A stretch of 63,215 bases of DNA, filler included, from Octopus bimaculoides (taxonomy: Eukaryota), in assembly GCF_001194135.2 (NCBI RefSeq). It is 4 parts of 4 records of this genome, joined end to end, with 100 filler letters (N's around TTAATTAATTAA, not from the genome) between each part and the next. Parts side by side here need not be neighbours in the genome. Positions count along the whole stretch, not along the records: positions 1 to 20,409 come from NC_068993.1; 3 more parts are not named here. The stretch is one strand, 5' to 3'. Both the position numbers and the translations under genes were made by a program. How positions within the stretch are numbered: position 1 is the stretch's first letter; every line of letters starts with the position of its first letter. Shown in pieces: positions 1 through 12,557 of the stretch. Below the pieces are notes generated by a model that was given only the letters and a program-made list of their open reading frames with translations, was not told where the DNA came from and did not search any database.

Positions 1-492
1 TCACTTGAAAAGAAGATATAAGATTGCCAGGTTTTTGTCTCTCTCACCAAGGTCAGCCGCTATCGGACGCCGACGAAGGGAAATAACCCTGAAATCCGGA
101 TCCGTTCGTGCTGCAGATGTTGGTGAGAGGGATAACTACCCTTGGAAAACAGGACACAGTCGTGTGTCGATAAGCCAGCTGGAGGAGATGTCCTCCTGGG
201 GCTAAAAGCAACAGTAACATCCACCCCTAGGGGTCAGCCACACTTAAGTGGCAATATACTTCACTATATATATATACATATATATATATGTATATGTATG
301 TATATATACAATAATTGCTATATAATAACATATAATAATAACAATGTATATACTCCAGTTTAAAGTGACATTTTTATATAAGCAATTGACTGAAAAATGA
401 TGAGCTAACCCAGGTCAGACTCAAACCCACATATCTACACTAACATGGCTCCACGTGAATCTGCTTGTATGTATATACTATATATACATAAG

Positions 493-524
<32 letters not shown>

Positions 525-530
<6 letters not shown>

Positions 531-1787
531 CATTAAATTAAAAAATGTGAATTTTTTAATTGCATGAAGTAAAAGTTGGAGGGGGCAGGGATAAACTACC
601 TGCATCAACCTGCTATAAAAACAGGTAGTAATTTTACTTGTACCTATTCTTAGTGCAAGTTTGGAAGAGAACTGTTCGATTTTAAGTTATTTTTTCAAAG
701 CTTTAATGGAAGTAACAAAGGAACATATTCCGCATATTTTGCTTTATGAGTTCAATAAAGGCAACAACACAATGGAAAGTGCGAGGAATATTAATGGAAT
801 ATGCGAGGATTGGACAATAAGTGTAAGGCATGGTGGTTCTATAAATTCTGAGCCAGAAAGTACAGCCTAGAAGATGAGCCTCATCCAGGAAGATCTGTAG
901 AGCTTGATGAGGACGTCCTGCAAACCCTGGTGGGACAAAATCTCATCGTAACTGTTGAGGAATTAGCAGAGAAGCTTGGATTTGGTCATTCAACCATTCA
1001 TCGACATCTGCGTGCCATTGGAATAGTCAGCAAATGGGATCAATGGGTCCCTCACAAGCTTTGTAAGTCTAATCACATGCAGAGAGTGAATGTGTGCTCT
1101 TATTTGCTGTCACATCTTACGAATGGACCATTTTTTGGACCAAATAGTAAGTGGTGACGAGAAATGGATTCTCTATAAAAATGTCAAGTGCTGAGACAGT
1201 GGGTAGGGAAAGGAGAAACACTGGTAACCCAGGCTAAAGAATGTCTTCACTCACATAAGGTGTTGTTATTTGTTTGGTGGGACGTGAAAGGTTTAGTTAA
1301 CTTTGAACTTTTAAGCCCAAACTAAATGATAACAAAGGAGATCTACTGCAAGCAGCTTGAGCGGCTTAAGCCAGTGGTAGAAGAAAAATGACCATCTTTG
1401 GTTTCAAGACGAAAGGTGTTCTTCCATTAGGATAATGCTTGGCCACATACAGTGACGATGACACTCTAAAGGTTGGAGCAGTTTTAATGAGAAACGATGC
1501 CCCACCCACCATATTCTGATTATCATTTATTCCGCAGTCTTCAAAATCATTGGGATAGAAAAAATATGAATTCTGTATATGAGATCAGAACAGTACTGGA
1601 GGAGTATTTTCTTCATAGAGAAATGAATTTTGGAAGCGGTAACCTTGCAAGTCTACCAGATAGATGAAAGAGCATTATAGAAAATGAAGGAGAATATATT
1701 TTAGATTAAATAAGAACTTTGTTTATCTTAATTTTGAAAAATAAAAGAAGTATAAAATAGCCACATTATGTATGGGATGTCCCAATA
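525..1787 (+). mobile_element. Near full-length (about 1.26 kb) decayed mariner (DD34D) DNA transposon
   Basis: Degenerate terminal inverted repeats (5' TAGGGTCAT... at 525; 3' ...ATGGGATGTCCCAA followed by TA at about 1771-1787) in TA-rich flanks, enclosing a broken transposase. Confidence 0.9.
706..1709 (+). pseudogene. Mariner transposase pseudogene (frameshifts and stops)
   Basis: Begins MEVTKEHIPHILLYEFNKG. Contains WVPHKL (WVPHEL motif), a GDEKW first-Asp motif, FH*DNAWPH second-Asp motif and PHPPYS-DYHLFRSLQNH (the PDLAP part is deleted). Ends ENEGEYILD*. Confidence 0.92.
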
Positions 1788-1793
1788 TATGCA

Positions 1794-1826
<33 letters not shown>

Positions 1827-2153
1827 TATATACATATATATATATATATACATACATATAATCTGTAGACACAATATTGTATTCCTGACAACCTCTCTGG
1901 TGCCAATAGCAGGATAAAATGCATCAGCCTTAAGCCATTAAGTTGTAGGCATTAGACAAAACATTCAACTTCAAACCTCTGCTTGGAACAAAGTTATACA
2001 GGAAGGCATTCTATCAAAGAGAGCCATAGCTTTGAATATAAACACATACAGTATATAGAGGCTGTTTTATTTCTGGCAAATACAATTTTTGGGTTGTCCT
2101 GAAATACACTTTGTCCATATTGTAATGGAATTGGTCAGAGGATGAATACTCAC

Positions 2154-2167
2154 CTTTGAATGAAAAC
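2154..2167 (-). other. Candidate 14-nt microexon (GTTTTCATTCAAAG)
   Basis: Minus strand reads a long polypyrimidine tract ...ttttttttttgtgctag | GTTTTCATTCAAAG | gtgagt (consensus donor). No transcript evidence. Confidence 0.3.
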
Positions 2168-2809
2168 CTAGCACAAAAAAAAAGAAAAGAAAAAGATATA
2201 GAAAAATGTACATATGCAAAAAATATAGATTGGTGTTTGAAGAGTATTTTGAGCATCAAATGATGATGAATTGCAATAAGAGGCATGACACAATGCAGCA
2301 GTTAGCTACGGAAAATGTAATGAAAACCAGGATGATGATGATGATGATGATGGCAATGATGATGATGGCAATGATGATGATATGATGTATGCATCAATAT
2401 AGAATATATGCTTTTATATGTATATGCATTGTATACTCAATTGGAGCATATATGCATTCACATATATAAACACAAAAACATATTTATGTAATCATATAAT
2501 CATTCTGATATAAATGTGTGTGTGTGTGTGTGTGTGTGTGCTTGTGTGTGTGTGTGTGTGTGTATGATGTACAGTCATATATGTGAAGGGACTATGGGTG
2601 CCTGTATGTATTCATACATTTAACATTTAATGAGCGCATAGATATAATATATGTGTATGTGTCTACACACATACACATATGTATATATATATGAACATAT
2701 GAATTTACTGTTTATGCATAATTCAAAAGTATATATAGATACGTTCCTTTATATATTCACACTCACATACGACCTTATATATTTGTGCATATAGTTATAT
2801 TCCATATAT

Positions 2810-2847
<38 letters not shown>

Positions 2848-3049
2848 TACAATATACATAATTACATATGAATTTATTTTAGATAGGTAGATAGATAGAA
2901 AGATAGACAGACAGACACTCATTCTTTTTATATTTCACTCCAAAACATAAATGTATTTTTATACATGTATGTATTGTGTTTCTTCATTAAATGCATTCTT
3001 TTACACAGACATGCACACACATGCACACTTATGTATATATGCATATATA

Positions 3050-3082
<33 letters not shown>

Positions 3083-4394
3083 ATAATGCATGTGAGCATT
3101 TTGTATAAGAGAAAGGAAATAGAAATGCTTAACCAGTATCAATTAGTTTCTATAATATGTTTTTTTATGTATATTACTGTACCTATTATGGCTATTATAG
3201 TTCTGAATAATATGTAGAATCCCATATATAAGTCTTTGGAAAATTCTGAAGACATAACAGAGGAAAATCATTCTAAATCTCACGGTGTTTGCTATTGAAT
3301 ATCCAATTTTTTTCTCTTTCATATCCTGAATATCTTTACCTCATCATTTTACCATTTTCCTGGTTCCTAATTATTAATATTGAGTGGGGGAAAAAAAAAA
3401 ATTTATATACCCAGACTACCTCCTTCTCTCATAAATATTGTAAAGATATTTACTTTTGAACTAATATATAAGAAAATAAAACATGCAAAGATAAGAAAAA
3501 AAAATTATTTAAAGAGAGATAATACTTGTTAGAGCAGTTGGAATTGTCTTCGGACAATTATGTTCAGTTCTTCACTCTTCCAGTTTTCTTGTTCACGTCT
3601 ATTGAATCGTCAATCTATATATATATATATATATATATATATGAAGTCTTGTAATTATTCTAATGATTGAATAACCAATTTTACAACGCTGAGATTGTGA
3701 GAGCATATTCAACTGTATGATTTGGTAGAAATATATGCAGTGGAACCAATACAAAGCATCTCTTAACTTTCTTGAATAGAACAGTTTGATTCTATTCACT
3801 GCATAAATATGGAGACCATTTTCGGCCAGCGAAAAATAGACAAAAAGAAACTGAAAAACAAAAAAAAAAAAAAAANNNNNNNNNNAAAAAAAAAAAAAAA
3901 AAAAAAACACCCATTGTTCTAAATATCAAGCAATATAGAAAAGTCTGGAATTGGCAAGGAAATTAAGTGCTAATATGTTGAGAACATTTTCTTCCTTTAT
4001 TCTGACTAAATCGAGAATTAGAGAAAATTGTAAAAAATAAATAAATAAATAGATAAACAACCATTAATAAAAGTACAAAAAAAATGACTAACACCCAATC
4101 CTACCCCATTCCATCCGAGCCCGCCACAAAAAAAAAAAAGGGTAAATAAATAAAATAATGGAATAAAGATATAAAATAAAATCCCTGACAAGCTATTATT
4201 TATCTTTGAAGTAGGATTAGACAGAGGTCAAAGAATTTTTTTCTTTCTTTTATTTTGACATTTTGGGATTTTCTTTTTTTTTTATTCCTTTTCTGCTACC
4301 TTGCAATGCAGCACCACACCTTACATTCCTGTTCCAAATGGATTCTTTTTATTATTCTTTATTCTATCATCTTAACAGTTGCATATTTTTCCAA

Positions 4395-4429
<35 letters not shown>

Positions 4430-4649
4430 GTTTTAATTGATTTTTTTTTAGAAGTTGTTTAGAGAGAGAAAAGGAGAGGAAAAAGAGATGGACAGAGGAA
4501 GAGAAGGAAAGAGAGAGGGAGGGAGAAGGGGAGATAGAGAGATGGGAGTGCCTGTGTGTATTTGATTGTGGTGCAACTTGGGGGTTGTGAGGNNNNNNNN
4601 NNAAAAACTGTTTAGAACCATTTGGTGATTGCCATTATATAATTAACTG

Positions 4650-4687
<38 letters not shown>

Positions 4688-4757
4688 GATATATATTTAT
4701 ATCTATATAGATATATGTATGTGTGTATATACATGCATTTATACTTATGTGTGTGAG

Positions 4758-4802
<45 letters not shown>

Positions 4803-4940
4803 ATGCATATGTGATGGGCTTGTTTCAGTCTCCTTCTAATAAATCCTCTCATTAGGCTTTGGTCAACAATGAGCTATAGCAGAATATACTTGTTTACTAA
4901 TACCCTGGGTGAAACTAAAACTTTGTTAGTACATACATAC

Positions 4941-5098
4941 ATCATCATTGTTTAACGTCTGCTTTCCATGCTAGCATGGGTTGGACGATTTGACTGAGAA
5001 CTGGTGAACCGGATGGCTTCACCAGGCTCCAATCTGATTTGGCAGAGTTTCTACAGCTGGATGCCCTTCCTAACACCAACCACTCCGAGAGTGTAGTG
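4941..5098 (-). mobile_element. Short interspersed repeat resembling an RTE-type LINE 3' end, with (GAT)n tail
   Basis: Shares the catcatcattgtttaacgtc...ttccatgctagcatgggttggacg...ggatgcccttcctaa block with copies at 5695-5930 and 28702-28845. RTE affinity is inferred. Confidence 0.6.
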
Positions 5099-5115
5099 CT
5101 ATATATATACATATA

Positions 5116-5200
<85 letters not shown>

Positions 5201-5694
5201 TAGTGTGGGCAGGTACATGTGTGTGTGTGTGTGTTTTCAAGTACGCATGACTGTTGATAATCCATGCTTGTCTCATCTTCAATGATATGGTGGTGAAGTC
5301 AACATTCCTTGTGGTTATTTTGGCTGACCACTCTTCTCTTTCAAAGTCCACCAAAACAGAATATTCCCTCACTTAAAACCAAGTAAGGGAAAGCAACCAG
5401 AAGAGCACCAAACCCTAAAATTGTTCCCCTCAAATAACTTCCCATTGAAATCTATGCTAGCAAGGATAAGCAGGAATTAATTAAACTACTAACAACCCAA
5501 TAAACTTAATGGATTAGCTGAATGTTATTATTTAAAAGGAAAAAGTGAAGCATTTTAACTCAAGTTGTCTAATTTTTAATTCTACTAAGTTGCGACAGAA
5601 AGTGATTTGCAGTAAAACTTACTTCAAGAAGGCTATTGACCAATCAGTGAAGGTGCTTTATTTAGTGGTTAGGTTGTTCATTTATGATTATTAG

Positions 5695-5930
5695 GTCCAT
5701 CATCATCATCATCATCATCATCAACCTCATCATCATTATCGTCACTGTCATTGTCGTCGTTGTCGTCATCAACATCATCATTTAACATCTGTTGTCCATG
5801 CTGGCATGAGTTGAATGATTTGGCCAGGGCTAGTAAGGTGGGGAGCTGCACCAGATTCCAGTCTAATTTGGTATAGTTTCTATGGCTGGATGCCCTTCCT
5901 AATGCCAACCACTTTACAGACTGTACTGGG
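5695..5930 (-). mobile_element. Second copy of the RTE-3'-like repeat
   Basis: (CAT)n tail, then tttaacatctg..tccatgctggcatg...ggctggatgcccttcctaatgccaaccact. Confidence 0.55.
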
Positions 5931-6511
5931 TGCTTTTTTGTGGCACTACAGAGGCACTTTTACATGGCACTACATGGATGCTTTTATGTAATACCTCATG
6001 GGTGCTTTCATGTGGCACTACACAGGTGGGTGATGTATTGTGCTGTTGAACAAAATACTTCATTTCATGTTACTCCAGTCTACTCGACTATAAATGAGTT
6101 CCAGCAAAAACTGGGAAGTTAACCTTCTGATGGACTGGCATCCTATTCAGGAGGGAGTGTTGTAATCATAGTTACCTGTATTCTATGGAAAGCATGTTAA
6201 GCTCTGGCCTTATGGGACCTAAGTAAGAGACCAATTGAGAGGAAGAGGAAGTTTTCATCCACTTCCGACTTGTAGCTCTAATGAGTTAGATATAAAAAAG
6301 ATGAACTTACAAGTTTGGTTGATGAAATATTTACTAAAATCTTTGCTTCATGTATGCAAGGTTTTAATTCTCATGGGGGTGACTGACTTATCTATGAATT
6401 GTTGGCCTTGCATTCTTTCAGTGTTTCTTCTGGAAATTAAACAAAATACAAAATGAAATATAACAGAATTTGTTTGACAGGAAGACATGAAGTCCGCCCC
6501 CTGCCAAAATA

Positions 6512-6542
<31 letters not shown>

Positions 6543-7329
6543 CATGCACTCATATAATAAAGAAGAAAGAAATAATGAAAATACTGTAAAAGATAGGAAT
6601 TTTAATTAAATTAAATTTTTATAACTAAAATAATTTAAAATAAAGTAAAATTGATAATAATAATAATAATAANNNNNNNNNNNNNNNNNNNNNNNNNNNN
6701 NNNNNNNNNNNNNNNNNNNNNNNNNNNNNNNTTATTATTATTATTATTATTATCATTTATTTTAAGGATTTCTTTTAAATAATAATAATAGTAATAGTAA
6801 TAATAATCTTTTGTTTTAATTTTAATTTCATTTTATTTCATTTTTATAATAAACCCCCAACAACAAACAGGTGGGGTTTCTTCGGAGCATATGGTAATGA
6901 TTTGGAAAGGGGAGGTGTAGGGTTATTCTAAAATTTCAAGAAGGAAATTAATAATCAAAGGTAAAAAATAAATAAATAAATAAACATGGAAAAGGAAAAA
7001 GAAAAGAATTTCTTGTGAATTGACAGTTGTTATCAGCAGAAATGTCATCCTTTTTTAAAAAAATTTTTTGTTTTTTTTTTCCCCCCTCTGCAAAAAAAAA
7101 AAAAAAATTATCAAAAAATGGTAAAGAATCTATCATCGGAAATATTTTAACATGATGCTTGTTTACAATAATTCCCTCCCTTTTTCAAAATTTAAAATTA
7201 AAATTTAGAAAAGTTTAGTTTTTGAATTTTTGCATCGTGTGGATCATTTTCCATAACACCTCCCCACTCCCACTTATCCTCATCCCCAGCCCTTACCTGT
7301 TGTCTTTTTTCGTTATTTGTTGTTGTTTT

Positions 7330-8080
7330 GTCTCCTCCGCTTCCTTCTCCTCCTCCTCCTCCTCCTCCTTTTCCCTATCTCCTTCCCCTCCACCTACTTG
7401 CATTTATTTCCTATTCTTTCCTGTTTTACTGTGTTAAAATTTTTAATTGTCTGTTTTTTAATTGTGGTGGTCGTGGTGGTACTCACCCCTGCCCTTTTCT
7501 GTCTCTTTGTCAACCTTTCTTTTACTCTTGCTTACTCCCTAATAACTCTGACAGCTCTCTTTACCATCTTCTCCCCCCCTTCTCTCACCTCTGTCTCTCT
7601 TTTTCCTCTCTCTCCCCTTCTCCCTTCTTCCCTCTATTACTCCTTCTGCATTTCTTTCTTCCCTTACTTCTTCTGAAACTACTTCTTCACAAACCCTCTT
7701 TCTTTTCCTTCTTCTATTTCTCACATGTCTTATTAGTCTCTCTTTCACTCTCCTACCCTCTCTTTCTCTCAATTACTTCTCAAACTTTTCTCACCTACTC
7801 TCTCTTAAATCCCTTCTCTCTCTCTTCTACCATCTCCCCCCCTTCCCTCTCTTTTTATTTCCTCTCTCTCTTTCTTTCTTTCCCCCTCCAGTTCATGTTC
7901 TTCTACACATTCCCTGCTCTCTCTCCCTTCTCTCCTCCCTCTTTCTCATTGAATAATATTCTTTCACTCTCAAAACCCCCTTTTTTATTAGTCTCTCACT
8001 CTCTCTTTTTCTGCTACTCTTATTCTTCTACACTCCACCCTTATATCTTACACTTATATTGTCTCCCTTTAGTCAGCTGA
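7330..8080. repeat. About 750-bp CT-rich polypyrimidine low-complexity tract
   Basis: Strongly C/T-biased on the + strand; gives rise to the spurious 250-aa ORF. Confidence 0.85.
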
Positions 8081-8133
8081 GCTCTCCTTCCTCAAAAATA
8101 CTATTATTTTCCACTCAATATTCAATATTCTTA

Positions 8134-8351
8134 GGGCAGCGAGTTGGCAGAATTGTTAGAACGCCGGGTGAAATATTTAGCGATATTTTGTCTGCCATTA
8201 CATTCTGAGTTCAAATTCCATCAAGGTCAACTTTGCCTTTCATCCTTTTTGGGTCGAAAAAATAAGTACCAGGTGCGTACTGTGGTCAATCTAATCGACT
8301 GGCTCCCTCCATCAAAATTTCAGGGCTTGTGCCTAGATTAGAAAAGAAAAG
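8134..8351 (+). mobile_element. tRNA-derived SINE, family A (head GGCGGCGAGCTGGCAGAA...GAGTTCAAATTCC)
   Basis: Box A-like TGGCAGAA and box B-like GAGTTCAAATTCC; body ctttcatcctttcggggtcgataaattaagtacc; more than 15 related copies in the window. Confidence 0.85.
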
Positions 8352-8368
8352 AATATTTAATGTTCTTA

Positions 8369-8584
8369 GGGTGGCGAGCTGGCAGAATCATCAGAATGCA
8401 GGGTGAAATGCTCAGTGGTATTTTGTCTGCCATTATGTTCTGAGTTCAAATTTGCCTTTCATCCTTTCGGGGTCGGTTAAATAAGTACCAGTTATGCACT
8501 GGAGTTGATGTAATTGACTTAATCCCTTTGCCTGTCCTTCTTTGTCCCTTCTATGTTTAGTCTCCTGTGGGCAATAAAGAAATT
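8369..8584 (+). mobile_element. SINE family A, variant tail (...tttgtccc...ctgtgggcaataaagaaat)
   Basis: Same head and body as family A; tail shared with copies at 39448-39678 and 52375-52590. Confidence 0.8.
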
Positions 8585-8601
8585 AATATTTAATATTCTT
8601 A

Positions 8602-8730
8602 TAGGCGCAGGAGTGGCTGTGTGGTAAGTAGCATGCATACCAATCACATGGTTCTGGGTTCAGTCCCACAGTGTGGTACCTTGGGTAAGTGTCTTCTACT
8701 ATAGTCTCGGGCCGACCAAAGCCTTCTGAC
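8602..8730 (+). mobile_element. tRNA-derived SINE, family B, 5' part (GGCTGTGTGGTAAG...GGGTTCAGTCCCAC...CCTTGGGCAAGTGTCTTC)
   Basis: Pol III box A/B-like head plus a CORE-like ccttggg(c/t)aagtg block; complete copies at 14118-14520 and 43268-43800. Confidence 0.8.
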
Positions 8731-9212
8731 AGTTCTACCAACTCACAGCTTTGATGATGATGATGATGATGGTAATTAAAATAATAATGATTGCAGTAAT
8801 AATAATAACAATAACAGTGGTAATGGTGGTGGTGGCGGAGGCAGCAGCAGTAGTAGTAGTAGTAGTGGTGGTGGTGGTGGGGATTTTTTAAGTATAGTGA
8901 TGAATGCAACTAACTGAAGCAACTGATCTATATAAGAAATGTCACAAAATCCATTCAATTCCAAATTGGAACATCTGGAAGGATACACACCCTTGCTGGT
9001 AAGGCTATCAAGAGAGAGTGAGTGTGAGACAGAGAAAGAGAGAGAGGGGGGGGGAGAGATAGAAAGAAACAGAGACGTGATGGAAGGAGATGAAAGAGAA
9101 CAAAAAGAAACTGCAACAAAAAATGTAACAAACTGAAAGAATTTTCAAGAAGTGCCAATTATGAATTCCTGTAAATATTAGTTTATTTCTGTAAAATATA
9201 GTTCAATAGCAA

Positions 9213-9420
9213 GGCGGCGAGCTGGCAGAAATGTTAGCACGCCGGGCAAAATGCATAGTGGCATTTCGTCTGTCTTTACATACTGAGTTCAAATTCTGCT
9301 GAGGTCGACTTTACCTTTCATCTTATTGAGATCGATAAATTAAGTACCAGTTATGTACTGGGGTCTATCTAATTGACTGGACCCATCCCCAAAAATTTCG
9401 AGCCTTGAGTAGGAAAGAAT
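9213..9420 (+). mobile_element. SINE family A
   Basis: Full head-body-tail match to the other copies. Confidence 0.85.
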
Positions 9421-9564
9421 ATACTTCAATAGCAATGGTTGTTGTTGTTGTTATTTTTGTTGCTTAGCCATGGGTAGGCCCTCATCATGTAAACCTATGG
9501 TTAAGCATGTGTTCTAACCAGAGTCCACCTAGGCTAATTTTCTGCCAGAATTATATTGCTCTTA

Positions 9565-9812
9565 GTAACCTTACTCTTTTAGTACTTTCATCACCATATT
9601 CGTTTTGAAATTGATGTCCTTCGTTTCAGTTAATTTTTGAAATAATTCAAAATTTAGTAAATTAACTTTGTTCTTATTAAACTGGTTTTCAGAACACAAA
9701 TTAACATGAAACTTTAATGAAAGATTTTTTAAAATTTAGATCACTTTAAAACACAAAATTGGTATGGTAAAACCAGGATTGATCTGAAGCAGGTTGGTAT
9801 CAAAAGATTTAA
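9565..9812. mobile_element. Decayed MITE-like element, possibly piggyBac-type
   Basis: Right end ggtatcaaaagatttaa resembles a ...AAGGG/TTAA terminus; left end is degenerate. Family assignment is inference. Confidence 0.3.
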
Positions 9813-9909
9813 GTGTCTTGTATATGTTTTGAGCGATTTGGCTGCAATTCCACATGCCATATACACCTGTATGTATTCTTATTTTAAAAAAGGCTACATG
9901 TGATATGAG

Positions 9910-10350
9910 AGAGATTTGGGTGTCATTTTGAACTACCATATAGAAATAAGACTGAGATGAGAGGGCCCTATGTATCCTCATTTAAAAAAAGTTTCAGGTC
10001 CCTCATGGTTAGGAACAGATTTGGATGTAGTTTACATCTATCACACAGAAATAAGTTTGTAGAGGATTCTATGTTCTCTTGTCATTTTGAGAGGAGGGTG
10101 GTATCTGATTTGAGGGAGATTTGACTGCAGTTTCACCTACCACATAGAAATGAAGTTGTGTTGAATGGGCACTATGTATTCATCTCATTTTAGAAATGGT
10201 TGCAAGCAGTTAAAGACAGATTTGGGTGTAGTTTACACCTGTTACATAGAAATAAGATTGTGTTCAGAAATTTTATGTACCCTTCTCATTTTGAGAGAGC
10301 TGCATGCAGTTTGACCTACCAAATAGAAATGAGGTTGTGTCGAGAGCACC
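9910..10350. repeat. Diverged tandem repeat, about 100-bp period, about 5 units
   Basis: gatttg(g/a)..g(t/c)agttt(ac/ca)..ctaccacatagaaat(a/g)a(a/g)gttgtg recurs at about 9911, 10018, 10118, 10219 and 10305. Confidence 0.7.
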
Positions 10351-10474
10351 TATATAGTAGAAATTCTATCAAATTCATTGCAGGTATATTTCTGCAATAA
10401 CAGGTATACACCTGCTTGTAATCAAGTAGACTCTCAATATGTAAGCATGTGTGTGTCTATGTGAAGGAAGAAGA

Positions 10475-10800
10475 AGGAGCACTCTGTTGGTTACGACGAC
10501 GAGGGTCCCAGCTGATATGATCAACGGAACAGCATGCTCATGAAATTAACGTGCAAGTGACTGAGTAATCCACAGACACATGTACCCCTAACGTAGTTCT
10601 CAGGTAGACTCAGCGTGACACATAGCGTGACAAGGCCAACCCTTTGAAATACAAATACTACTCATTTTTGCCAGCTGAGTGGACTGGAGCAATGTGAAAT
10701 AAAGTATCTTGCTCGAGGACACAATGCATTGCTGGGAATTGAACTCACGACCTTACGATCGTGAGTCGAATGCCCTAACCAATAAGCCACGTGCCTTCAC
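10475..10800 (-). mobile_element. tRNA-headed CORE-type SINE (third family)
   Basis: Minus-strand head gtggcttattggttagggcattcgactcacgatcgtaaggtcgtgagttcaattccc, then gtgtcctcgagcaagatacttt; related copies at about 10850-10980 and 35475-35640. Confidence 0.75.
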
Positions 10801-11389
10801 TGTGTCTATGTACTTTTAAGCATGCAAAGGTATATACCTCAATCAATATATAAGGTGTTATCTTCATAATCATAAGGATGTGGGTTCAATTCCTGGACAA
10901 GGTAGTGGATTGTGTCCTTAAGCAAGGTACTTTATTTCAAGTTGTTCTGATCTACTCTGCTGTAATTGAGTACCTGCACAGCTTTCTTTCTCTCTAAATA
11001 TCACATCCAGTATGTTCTGTTAGATAAAAAAAACCCAGGAGGATGTGTTTGTCTGGGGGTAACCACACAGGCACCTAAAACAATTAACAGAAGCATGGGA
11101 CATGCCACTAGATCATACCTGATTGTGGGTGGTGGCTAAGTATTTTTACGTTTAAACATGCACGTATATGTTTATCTATATATTTAAACATGTGCATATA
11201 TGTAAACATGCATATAAGAATGTGTATGGATATGTAAATGTATATGTTAATACATGTATGTATAAATGTGTAAATATACATGTATTTATGCATGTGATTG
11301 TATGTATGTGACATGTTGTAAGTACATATGCATGCTTGTATATATGAATAAAGATATATGAATAAAGATAAATGTGAAGAAAAGTGGTA

Positions 11390-11519
11390 TCAGTTCATGT
11401 GAACAAAATGAACCTGCCTAAAAAAACAACAAATTATGAAAAAAAAGCCATGTAAAATTAGTACTAGAATATTATTATGACCCCTTACTAAAATACAGAT
11501 AAGCAGCCTTCATATACAT

Positions 11520-11551
<32 letters not shown>

Positions 11552-11642
11552 CATATATATATGTATGTATATATGCATATTTACATATGTTTATATATAT
11601 ATCTGCATGCATATATGTACATATAAATATGTATAGTGTATA

Positions 11643-11675
<33 letters not shown>

Positions 11676-12331
11676 AGTGTATATATATATATATGTATGT
11701 ATGTATGTATGTATATATATATACATATATATATGAATGTGTGTCTGTATGTGTGCATACACACACATTGAAATACCAACTATGGCAATATTTATTTCTC
11801 AAGATTTTTTGTCCTTTCCATCTAACACAAGCAAGAAGCAATGATTGTATTATTTGCAATAAGAATTGAATACAGATATTAACCCTTCAAATCTATTTTC
11901 TTAAATATATAAAAGCAAGTTATTGCTTCCACATCAATTCTAGTTGATCTGTTTAATCTATAATTTCAAAATTACTGGTGCCTTTTAGCCATTTGCTTTG
12001 AACGAATACAGGCTATGATGCCAATGTTAGTATTGGGAGCGAAGGGGAAAAAAATGAAATGAAACAAAGAAAGAGTAAATGTAAAGAAAAAGAAGAAACT
12101 AAACTGTGAGAATATAAGGGAAGAATTATTTTCCTTAGTCTTCCTATTTATTATGGATGTTTTATTCCTTGGAACACTCAACAATATCCACATTCAGTTA
12201 TTTTTTTTTCTTGCTTGCTTCACCGAACAGTATTATATCTGAAATATAATTCCACACATACCAAAAGCTGACAATAACATGGCCACATTTTCAAGAAAGA
12301 TACTCTGTAACCTATTATTTTTGATCTTCAG
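11390..12331 (-). other. Cluster of four candidate small exons (12262-12331, 11976-12012, 11777-11821, 11390-11417)
   Basis: Each has an AG acceptor and the first three have GT donors (gtatgt, gtaatt, gtattt). Phases 0-1, 1-2, 2-2 and 2-stop join into one open frame. Product not recognised. Confidence 0.22.
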
Positions 12332-12423
12332 CTTTCAGGCCAACAGACATGAGAATATAAAGACAGCCATATTTCAATGACACACCTATACACAAACACA
12401 AACACAAGCAGAACTCCAAGCAC

Positions 12424-12461
<38 letters not shown>

Positions 12462-12496
12462 CATGTGGTATGTGTGTATGTATACATATGCTTATA

Positions 12497-12557
<61 letters not shown>

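Noticed and set aside
10730-10800. tRNA gene
   Set aside because: tRNA-like head continues into a SINE body with multiple copies, and the acceptor stem is not intact.
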